From assembly GCF_001194135.2 (NCBI RefSeq), contig NC_068999.1, positions 41,651,066 to 41,715,065 of the forward strand: a DNA stretch of 64,000 nucleotides, in the 5' to 3' direction. Shown one piece after another: positions 24,492-35,900 of the stretch (position 1 is its first letter; each line of letters begins with the position of its first letter). The notes beneath the pieces were generated by a model. That model was not told the DNA's origin. It did no database searches and was given only the letters and a program-made list of their open reading frames with translations. Position numbers and translations under genes: made by a program. Source of the DNA: Octopus bimaculoides (Eukaryota).

Positions 24492-24702
24492 ACAATCAAA
24501 CACAACCACAAAGAGATTACTTCTTTCCAACTATTATTTGTATCTTAACCCTTGTTCTCCTCCCTCAAAAACAAAAAAACAAATGATTTCTTTTTGTATA
24601 TCTGAGGAGTTTTATATTTAAAGAAATAAAATTATTAAAAATTACTATTTGTAAATCTCACAATTTGAAATATTCAGCAACAGTACTTTGGAGTAAAGAA
24701 TG

Positions 24703-24999
24703 TTTGCCAACATAACATGGCAATCCTGGTTTAGGACGAATGTTGCTGTAATTTAGCCCCAGGAGACATCATCTGCAGCTGGCTATACGACACGATCTGT
24801 GTCCTTATATTTTCGATCAAGGGAATCTAGCACCCCCACTCAGCTCAAAACAATATCTGTGTATCGCGATTTCCGGGTTATTTGTTTGAAAATATAAGGA
24901 CACAGATCGTGTTGTATAGCCAGCTCGAGATGATGTCTCCTGGGGCTAAATTACAGCAACATTCGTCCTAAACCAGGACTGCCATGTTATGCTGGCAAA
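24703..24999. repeat. Long inverted repeat in the HMT 3'UTR (112-bp arms, 73-nt loop)
   Basis: 24703-24814 pairs with 24888-24999 with 5 mismatches; AATAAA at 25013-25018. Confidence 0.9.
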
Positions 25000-25811
25000 T
25001 AATCTTTAATCCAATAAAATTATTGTTGAATGTTTTTTTTTTTTTCACCTTTTTGCAAAATGAAAACAAAAAAATCTGAAGTCATTAAATTAATGCTAAA
25101 AAATTTTTTTAACAAGTTTCGAGGTAAATAAATAACAATTTTACTAAGAATTTTTTTATTTACAATTTACAAAGAAATTTGATATAAAAAAATTTATTAT
25201 ATTTCTTCTTCTTGTTGCTGTTGTTCTTCATCTTTTTCTTCTTGTCATTGTTATTATTATTACTATTATCGTTAAGGTGGCAAACTGACAAAATCATTAG
25301 CACGCTGGATGAAATGCTTAGCGGTATTTCACCTGTTGCTGCATTCTGAGTTCAAATTCCACTGTGGTCGACTTTGCCTTTCATCCTTTCGGGGTTGATG
25401 TAACCAACTAGTGCTCTCCCCAAAATTTCAGGTCTTGTGCCTATAGTAACCAAGTTTGTGGAGATACCTAACAGCTGTTCTGGGACTGACATCAACTTGT
25501 TCTGCTATGTCAGAAACCTTGCAAAGAGGATTATCCTCCACACTTCTCTTAGCAAAGAGAAGGGTCCTGTCAGAGGGCCCTGGTCAACCTGGGTGAGGTG
25601 ATGTGGGCTCCTTCCCTCTCGGGTGAATTGCCTCTTTGAAATTCAGACAGTTCCGAGGCTTCTTTTGTATGTGTCATGATTAAACAGTCACATGTAGAAA
25701 CTGAAATAGAAAAATGTCGATTAATAAAGAATAATAAACCTTTACAGGTCAGAATAAACACAAAACGATGTTTTATGGGGTGTCTATTTACTTCTGTCAT
25801 GTCTGTGTATA

Positions 25812-26516
25812 NNNNNNNNNNNNNNNNNNNNNNNNNNNNNNNNNNNNNNNNNNNNNNNNNNNNNNNNNNNNNNNNNNNNNNNNNNNNNNNNNNNNNNNNN
25901 NNNNNNNNNNNNNNNNNNNNNNNNNNNNNNNNNNNNNNNNNNNNNNNNNNNNNNNNNNNNNNNNNNNNNNNNNNNNNNNNNNNNNNNNNNNNNNNNNNNN
26001 NNNNNNNNNNNNNNNNNNNNNNNNNNNNNNNNNNNNNNNNNNNNNNNNNNNNNNNNNNNNNNNNNNNNNNNNNNNNNNNNNNNNNNNNNNNNNNNNNNNN
26101 NNNNNNNNNNNNNNNNNNNNNNNNNNNNNNNNNNNNNNNNNNNNNNNNNNNNNNNNNNNNNNNNNNNNNNNNNNNNNNNNNNNNNNNNNNNNNNNNNNNN
26201 NNNNNNNNNNNNNNNNNNNNNNNNNNNNNNNNNNNNNNNNNNNNNNNNNNNNNNNNNNNNNNNNNNNNNNNNNNNNNNNNNNNNNNNNNNNNNNNNNNNN
26301 NNNNNNNNNNNNNNNNNNNNNNNNNNNNNNNNNNNNNNNNNNNNNNNNNNNNNNNNNNNNNNNNNNNNNNNNNNNNNNNNNNNNNNNNNNNNNNNNNNNN
26401 NNNNNNNNNNNNNNNNNNNNNNNNNNNNNNNNNNNNNNNNNNNNNNNNNNNNNNNNNNNNNNNNNNNNNNNNNNNNNNNNNNNNNNNNNNNNNNNNNNNN
26501 NNNNNNNNNNNNNNNN
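25812..26516. other. Assembly gap (N-run); others at 5247-5566, 13786-13795, 16611-16620, 18797-19052, 27366-27717, 29130-29837, 40194-40616
   Basis: Runs of n, several flanked by RTE copies or (TA)n tracts. Confidence 0.98.
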
Positions 26517-26557
<41 letters not shown>

Positions 26558-26574
26558 GAAGACATGAATAAAAA

Positions 26575-27365
26575 GCTTATTCCTTATTCCGTGCTGTTTT
26601 CTGCAAGCGCGCCACCCTAATTGCAGCCCCTATTTGTTCTATGTACTTCTCAAGATTTTTACTCACTGTTCCCAGGGCTCCTACAATTATTGGTACTACT
26701 ACCACCTTTTTCATGAACCACAACTGCTTAACCACCCAAGCTAACCTGTCATATCTATCAACTTTTCTTTCTTCCTTATCGCATACCTTGTTGTCAGCTG
26801 GGCATGCTATTTCTATGATCCAGCATCATTTGTTTTCTTTCTCAATTAACGCTATGTTTGATTTCCTATTTTCTATCTCATGGTTGCACCGAATCATAAA
26901 ATCTCATAGGATCTTTGCATTATTATTTTCGATGATGCCTTCGGGTTTATGTTTGTACCACTTTTTTGCTCTGGGCACTGGCAACGATCTCGCTCGACTG
27001 GCCTTCGTAGGATTTTCGAGTGAGATCGTTGCCAGTGCCCCTGGACTGGCTCTTGTGCAGGTGGCACATAAAATACACCATTTTGAGTGTGGCCGTTGCC
27101 AGTACCGCCTGACTGGCCTTCGTGCGGGTGACACGTAAAAGCACCCACTACACTCTCTGAGTGGTTGGCATTAGGAAGGGCATCCAGCTGTAGAAACTCT
27201 GCCAAGTCAGATTGGAGTCTGGTGTAGCCATCTGGTTTCACCAGTCCTCAGTCAAATCATCCAACCCATGCTAGCATGGAAAGCGGACGTTAAATGACGA
27301 TGATGATGATGATGAAGTCCATACTTGTTGCAAAGTGTCCAATGGACAATCCTTGCTATATTGCC
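26575..27365 (-). mobile_element. R4/Dong-like (RLE endonuclease) non-LTR retrotransposon fragment, interrupted by an RTE tail at 26975-27314
   Basis: Minus-strand GNIARIVHWTLCNKYGL / RAKKWYKHKPEGIIENNNAKIL.DFMIRCNHEIENRKSNIALI...IIEIACPADNKV...VVVVPIIVGALGTVSK, the PD-(D/E)xK-type RLE region, with stops. Confidence 0.8.
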
Positions 27366-30032
27366 NNNNNNNNNNNNNNNNNNNNNNNNNNNNNNNNNNN
27401 NNNNNNNNNNNNNNNNNNNNNNNNNNNNNNNNNNNNNNNNNNNNNNNNNNNNNNNNNNNNNNNNNNNNNNNNNNNNNNNNNNNNNNNNNNNNNNNNNNNN
27501 NNNNNNNNNNNNNNNNNNNNNNNNNNNNNNNNNNNNNNNNNNNNNNNNNNNNNNNNNNNNNNNNNNNNNNNNNNNNNNNNNNNNNNNNNNNNNNNNNNNN
27601 NNNNNNNNNNNNNNNNNNNNNNNNNNNNNNNNNNNNNNNNNNNNNNNNNNNNNNNNNNNNNNNNNNNNNNNNNNNNNNNNNNNNNNNNNNNNNNNNNNNN
27701 NNNNNNNNNNNNNNNNNGCTTTATGGTTAGTGTTGGGGAAAAAAGTCAAAATTGAAGAAGTTGGGGAGGAAAGGTGGGGGAGGGGGAATTTCACAATGCC
27801 GATTTTTGGCACTTTTCCCGAACCTCCGTATCCGAAAAAGGGGATTTTTGGCAAAAAAAAAAATTTAAATAAACAAATTTAGGAGAAAATGGGGGGAGGG
27901 AGTCTTTCCCATCACTGCTTGTGTGTGTGTGTGTGTACCGATATTTCTTTCTTCTTTTTTTTACATTATATTCCGATATAATCGTAATTTTAACAATCTA
28001 AAAGGCATTCGTAAAAAAAAAATTCATTAAAAAATATGTACTTTTCTGAATGTTAAGAGGAAACAAATTGGAGAGAAGTACACACGCATACACACTAACT
28101 CGTTGCATTATAAATACTATCTGTAAATGAAACAATAAAAATATGCAAGACATTTCTCAAGTTTAAAATGTAACAGTGTCTTAGTTATTTTCATTCCAAC
28201 AAAAGGAGCTTTGTAACTTTGTTAGAAACTATCTCCTTTCTCAGAGAAAGAATTTAAAAAATTACAAACAGAACGGAACATACTTTACTTCTTTACTTTT
28301 ATAATTCATACGTTTCTTGAAAAAATTGATATTTCACACACTAATAGTGAAACACAAAAAGAGATTTTAGTTGAAAATATTTATCTATTCAATTCAAATA
28401 AACCTATTGTTGCAATAAAATATACTTCATAACCACCATCCTCCCACCGACCACTGCGCGCACTCTTTCACCCAGTCTTAACACTTCGTCTGAACGTCTC
28501 GTCTTGGGTCTTCCTTTTAATTATATTTAAGTAGGTTTCGAATGACATGAACCTGTTTATCTTCGTGATTTTACAAAGCAAACTAACCAACCATTACATA
28601 TATATAGACACAGCAGTTGTACATGGCTTCGCCCAAATTTATTAATATCTATAATATACAGGTAAAAGCTAAATGTACTTATTTTACCTATATACTTTTG
28701 GCTATTAATAAACAAATCTGAGCTGACCAAGCCTATATGTATGTTTGTGTGTGATGTATAATCTAAAATTTCATTTGTTTTATTCATTCGACTGCAGCCA
28801 TGCTAGGGCACCGCTCTGAAGGGTTTGGTACTATTCTATTGTAACCGCAAAGTTACAGGCACATAAACAAACCAACTCCGGTTGTCATGTGTTGAGTGGA
28901 GGACACACTTACACACACAGCATAGGCAGTTGCACTGGGCGCAAGATTGCAGAAAAAAAAAAACTGAAATAATAAATAAATATATTGCCCTTCCTCTCCG
29001 CAGTACATGCATTATCCCGGGCCACCCTGCATTGCTGATCCGAGAAATAGCAAGTTATCCGGCCTTGTCTGAGGTTATTGCTAACTAAAATAATTAAACT
29101 AGTCCTGTAGGAACCAATTTGTGCATTATNNNNNNNNNNNNNNNNNNNNNNNNNNNNNNNNNNNNNNNNNNNNNNNNNNNNNNNNNNNNNNNNNNNNNNN
29201 NNNNNNNNNNNNNNNNNNNNNNNNNNNNNNNNNNNNNNNNNNNNNNNNNNNNNNNNNNNNNNNNNNNNNNNNNNNNNNNNNNNNNNNNNNNNNNNNNNNN
29301 NNNNNNNNNNNNNNNNNNNNNNNNNNNNNNNNNNNNNNNNNNNNNNNNNNNNNNNNNNNNNNNNNNNNNNNNNNNNNNNNNNNNNNNNNNNNNNNNNNNN
29401 NNNNNNNNNNNNNNNNNNNNNNNNNNNNNNNNNNNNNNNNNNNNNNNNNNNNNNNNNNNNNNNNNNNNNNNNNNNNNNNNNNNNNNNNNNNNNNNNNNNN
29501 NNNNNNNNNNNNNNNNNNNNNNNNNNNNNNNNNNNNNNNNNNNNNNNNNNNNNNNNNNNNNNNNNNNNNNNNNNNNNNNNNNNNNNNNNNNNNNNNNNNN
29601 NNNNNNNNNNNNNNNNNNNNNNNNNNNNNNNNNNNNNNNNNNNNNNNNNNNNNNNNNNNNNNNNNNNNNNNNNNNNNNNNNNNNNNNNNNNNNNNNNNNN
29701 NNNNNNNNNNNNNNNNNNNNNNNNNNNNNNNNNNNNNNNNNNNNNNNNNNNNNNNNNNNNNNNNNNNNNNNNNNNNNNNNNNNNNNNNNNNNNNNNNNNN
29801 NNNNNNNNNNNNNNNNNNNNNNNNNNNNNNNNNNNNNACCTCATTCTGTAATTAGTCACACATTCACGCACGTGGGAGGAGGGTGGGCGACATTTGTTTA
29901 AGTCTGTGTTCATAAGTGCGTACATCTAATGTGCGTGTGTAAATTATCTAGCTTTAAAATATTATACATACATAATATATGTATTTGTTTATACATATAT
30001 AAAATCTATTTAATATATATATAAAATATCTA

Positions 30033-30080
<48 letters not shown>

Positions 30081-30991
30081 GGTGATGCGAACAGGAAAAA
30101 TAGAACTCAAGATATGAGGATATGTATATTAGTATATTATTAATATTTAGCAGAAACAACAGTGACTCAAAAGAGTCGAGTGCCAATACACGAAACTCTC
30201 GGCCCTTGAGTCACTTTGTTGCGTCTGCTAAATACGTATATCTTTTCACTAGCGTATAAAATACTTTTATTTCCATATATAACATATAGACTTGTACATC
30301 TTTCAAAACATTGCCATTTTAAATTAATAAACATTTATTTACGCGCAACTGGTCGCACACCACGAAGTTTAACCCCACATAAGTTTTTTTATAATGTTTT
30401 TTTCTCGGGTACCTTATATATGGAGTAATGTATGTTGACAGGAAGAGGAGGGGGACTTCTCCTTTACTTCCTGTCTTCTTTTCACCTGTTGGACATCGGA
30501 CACAGGTGAATATTTACTAATGACAAACTGTTGTATTTCATAAACGTCGTCCTCATCCTGAACAGAAAGTTTGGATACACATTATTTAAAAACAGAAGAT
30601 AAAACAAGACAAGACTGGTAACATTTAAAGGAGCTTCGACATTTACTTTTCGGTGGACTGTTTTCTGAAACTGATTGATTTAGAATGAAACCTATTTTAT
30701 CACCTGCCACTTGATTAGTAGGTCATCGTTACTCACCTATTGAAGGCGGTTGGTGACATTGTTGTGGCTGCTTTTTTTTTTTTGCTTTTTTCCGCTATAT
30801 TCATTTCTTTGTTATATTTTTTTTTAATAACCAGAAGCCATTTTGAACTTGTTTCAGGTATTTCAAGGTGTGTACTGCAAAGGTGTTTTATATTACTGAT
30901 GTAGTTATTAACTGTAAAACGTTTAACGGGATAAATATTGTATTGTAAAAGAAAATAAGTTACAAAAGAAGAGGAGAAAAAGGCGGAAAGA

Positions 30992-32914
30992 ATGAAGAGA
31001 AGGCCGAATTGTATTGGGTTTCCCAGTTCGGTAATTGTGATATTTGTTTGTATTTTAGTATTTTCATTTACTTGGAGTGATTCTACAAGTAATGGAAAAC
31101 CTTTTGAACTTTCTCCAAAGGACAAATTCGATGAAATAATGGATAAGTTTACATCGGTAACTGGAGAAAATTGTCGTTCGAAACACTACACAGATCTTCG
31201 TTTGGATAACGATCGAAAAAAAGGTGTTATATCTCAAGTACCTCGTTATAATACTTTCTTGTCAACTGTTTATTACACGAACAGATCTTCTCTGTTGCAC
31301 GCTCACAACTTGGCCCTTAATAGGGCATTTTACTACAGTTATATCTATCAGGAACTTAACAAGAGCGAGGCCTTAGGTAGACAACCAGGTTTTGAATACA
31401 TCTACTTCTCTTTGGCCGCTGATGTTTCTGCTGGAATTAGTATGATAAATGGTAGTGGACTGTTCTTTGACAACAACTGTTCGTATCCTAATTGGTACAC
31501 GACGTTGAAAATCAACGGTACTTTACCCCTTTTTGGCCCCAAAGCTTGGCGAGTGGATGACTACAACGAACCCACAAATTGGTTGCGGGAACCTACAAAC
31601 AATACGATTGACATTCACGATTTTGGAGCCGGTCGAAGTCATAATTATACCAACCCTGCCTACAAACACAGCCCTTGGTACTCTAAATGGTTACCTGATC
31701 TCGACAGTAATTCGGACACACTGAGGAAATATACCTACAATGTTGGTATTCGACGATCAGAAAAGACTGGTGAATTTCTTACTGACACTTTCCAAGTATC
31801 CTCTTTCTTTGGCCCACCTCAACCGGGTAGTCAAGAAATGGCCATCCTTCCTGTTACCTTCACCGATCCTTATTTTGATTGTGGACGATCAAATAAATGG
31901 ATTGTTAGTGCAACATCTCCTGTTGTTGAGTTTATGCCTCGATATTCGAACTTTACTCATTTAAGAAGACCTCAGTAAGTATATTATATTTATATTATAT
32001 TTCTCTCTTTCATATCTTGTGTTTCTAAGAATATACAAAGGCGAATTAAGTTTTAGTTAGATAATTAGAATCGAGTTTATAGCTGTATGATTTCACTTGA
32101 AATTAACGACGCTTTTATTTTACTTTGGGTACACTGGAATGTTAGTCGAACTGTCCCACTTTGAGATTCCTGAATATCTAACCTACCTATCTATATTTGA
32201 AAAATAGAACGTGGGGGAATAAGAGATGTACAGATGGACAACGTGAGAGATTACAAGTCGATTTAATATTCGAGAAGTGATGGACAGAATGTAAAAGCAC
32301 ACAAGAATCAAAGTTGTGCACAGTTCGCCAAAAGAGGAAAGGAAAAAAAAATGGCATTTTGGTTGAACCCTTTACAAAAGAGTATGATATGTTAAATGAT
32401 GGATGATATGATATAACACGAACATGGAAGTAGTAGCAAATTGCAACATTTGTTTCTGCACCGGACACCTGAAGTGGCTGATGCTAGTACCCGCTGACTG
32501 GCTCCCGTGCCAGTGGCATGTAAAAAGCACTATCCGAACATGATCGACACAGGACCACCTGTCTAGCCCCCTATGCTGATGGCATGTAAAAAGCACCCAC
32601 TACACTCTCGGAGTGGTTGGTGTTAGGAAGGACATCCAGCTGTAGAAACATTGCTAGATCAGATTGGAGCCTGGTGCAGCTGCTGGCTCTCCAGACCTCA
32701 GTCAAACCGTCCAACCCATGCCAGCATGGAAAACGGACATTAAACAATGATGATGATGGTGTATTTCGTGTTATGCTTAGAGGCAATGCACAGCATCAGA
32801 ATTTTAAGCTCAAGTCAAATATAACAAACAACTCCAAATTGTTCCTAAAGTATCTTCATAAATGGAGTCAAGACTGGCTGGTTTGTGCTGGCATCAAGTT
32901 GTGTAAGTTATATA

Positions 32915-32962
<48 letters not shown>

Positions 32963-35900
32963 TACAGGAGTGGCTGTGTGGTTAGTGACTCGCTTACCAA
33001 CTACATGGTTCCGGGTTCAGTTCCACTGCGTGGCACCTTGGGCAAGTGCCTCCTACTATAGCCTCAGGCCTACCAAAGCCTTGTGAGTTGATTTGGTAGA
33101 TGGAAACTGAAAGAAGCCCATCACATATATATGTTTATGTGTGTATATGTTTGTGTGTCTGTGTTTGTCCCCTCCCCTCCACCATTTTTGCTGGTGTATT
33201 TACGTCCCCGTAACTTAGCAGTTCAGCAAAAGAGACCGATACAATAGATACTAGGCTTACAAAGAATAAGTCCTGGGGTCGATTTGCTTGATTAAAGGTG
33301 GTGCTCCAGCATGGCCACAGTCAAATGACAAACAGGCAAAAGAAAAAATATATATGTGTGTGTCTAAAACTGTCACTCTGTTAGTTACAACAAGTGTTCC
33401 AGCTGATTCAATCAACAGAACAGCCAGCTCATGAAATTAACATGCAAGTGGCCGAGTACTCCACAAATATGCGGAGATTCAGCATGACACAACTGAATGT
33501 GACTGGGGCTGGGCCTTTGGATTCCAGGTAGAACTCATTTTTGCCAGTTGAGTGGACTGGAATCACATAAAATGAAGTTTCTTGCTCAAGACAAAGAGTG
33601 TAGTCTTCCAATGCTTAAGAAAAAAATCCATAATTCCATAAATTGCAAGATTTGCTTTTGTTTTATTTGTTTATTGTATTTTATTTTACTCTCTTGTTAT
33701 ATTTTTTTTCTTTTAGATTTGTGGCTGTTACAACTATTGATTTGGAATTTGAACGTATTGATTTTAACCCATGTCCAATATCTGAAGGAAATCCCCCACC
33801 AAACTATTTTGCTAACACAGCTCGATGCAAACCCACCACTTTAGTGAGAATTATTCATTTAAAGTCTTTGAGTAAATGCAAGGAAATGTGAGGGTTTGAG
33901 AGAAGAATACTGGTGACAGATGTATGATGTGTTGAGATTTACCAAGTTTACTCCTCAAATTCATCATCAACTTTGATTTTATTGGAAGGGCATCCAGCTG
34001 TAGAAACCATGCCAAAACAGATGATGGAGCTTGGTGTGGCCTCTGGCCTTACCAGCTCTGGTCAAACTGTCCAGACTACGCCAGCATGGAAAACAGACAT
34101 TTGATGATGACAATTATACATAGGTGTGTGTTAACTAAAATAAGATAACAAGGCCATGACAATTTATGAATAGAAAGGTGGTCTTACAGCTGTTTCAGGG
34201 AAATAAATGTTATCCCATCATCAGAGATGAATTAAGAGATTTTTCTCTTAACTCGTCTCTGATGGTGGGATATCATTTATTTTGCTGAAACAGCTGTAAG
34301 ACCACCTTCTTCTTTATAAATGTCTTAGAAATATCACATTGCTTTGGTCTTGTTATCTTATTTTATTTAACATACACACGCTCAGATACGACCCACCTTA
34401 GACTCCTCACTCATACTATTATTGAACCAGGATTTATGGAAGGGAAAGAAAGGTTAATGAAAAAATTGAAGATTTCAGTATTATGTCGTATTCTCTGTCT
34501 GAAAATAAAGGAAATGGAGATTGCCATTTTCAAAATTTTTTCCTTTTTCAAACCTTCAAGGCAACAAAACTGTCCAAAATTGGAACTCAGTGGGGGAGTG
34601 GTATTTGAAAAAAATTTATAAATTTTCCCAAAAATTTAATTTATTTTTTATTTATTTTATTTTTTTTTTTACCAAAATTGCATTTCCCATTATAAGTGCA
34701 TAGGACCAAAAAAAAAGAAATTGATCAAAATCAGTCTGAAAGTGGGGAAGGAAGATTCATGCATTTTCCAAAAAATTTTTTCATAAAAAGCTTATATTTC
34801 ATCGTTTGTAAAGGGTGTAATGGAAAAAAATTTGAAAAATCTCTGTGAAAATAGAGAAAAATCCAGCTTATGTGAGTGTGCTTTCCCAAAGCTCTGCCAA
34901 GGTATTGTGTTTTAAAAGTTGCCCAGCAAGGACAGGATACTCAGCTAGTGTGTGTGTGTGTGTATGTATGTTTACATATATGCATGTATAATAAACTGAT
35001 ATGTATTTTCTTTCAGTGTGAACCATTGAGTGGTTTTGGTTTCCGACGTGGTGGTTACATGTGTGCATGCTTACCTGGATACAAATATCCCTGGTGGCAT
35101 GATGGACCATTCCTTGGAGTAGAAATAGAAGCTGCTACAAAAGAAGAATATGAAAATGGCTTTGATTGCCTCAAAGTTGATTGTAAGAAAACTCATTTGT
35201 TATTTCGTTTATCTTATTATTATTTATATGGCAGCAAAAGCTGGCGGAATTGTTTGCACAGCAGATAAAATGCTTAATGACATTTCTTCCAGTCTTATGT
35301 TTTGAGTTGAAATGCTACCAAGTTCAACTTTGCCCTTCATCTTTTTTTTTTGGGGGGGGGGGGGCAATGAAATAAGCAACAGTTGAGCATTGGGGTCAAA
35401 GTAATCAACCTTTGTGCCAATAGTAGAAAGGATTATTATTATTTCTTGGAGTAGTTGGCATTAGGAAGGGCATCCAGCTGTAGAAACCTTGCCAGATCAT
35501 ATTGGAGCCTGGTGCAGCCTTCTGGTTCGCCAGTCCTCAGTCAAACCGTCCAACCCATGCCAGCATGGAAAACAGACGTTAAAACGATGGTGATGATGAC
35601 AATGATGATTATTGCGAACTGGTAGATTGTTAGCACACTTATCGAAATGGGTGTACCAGCAGCACAAGCTGGACTGGAAGAAACCTGTAAAATTCTATTG
35701 TTCCTGGACAACTGCTCTGCACATCTCCCTGCTGAAGTTCTTGTGAAATGTAATGCTTTCAGCATTTAGTTGCCTCCAAATGTGACATCTGTTTTACAGC
35801 TTTGAGACCAAGGAATTTAACACTCCATGAAGAGCAACTATAAAAATAATTTTATGAAGTGTGTGTTTGATGCAGTCAACAAAAGAGTGAGAATGCAAGA

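Noticed and set aside
25570-29925. Long ORFs of 250-340 aa in the ORF track
   Set aside because: Mostly X residues from assembly gaps.
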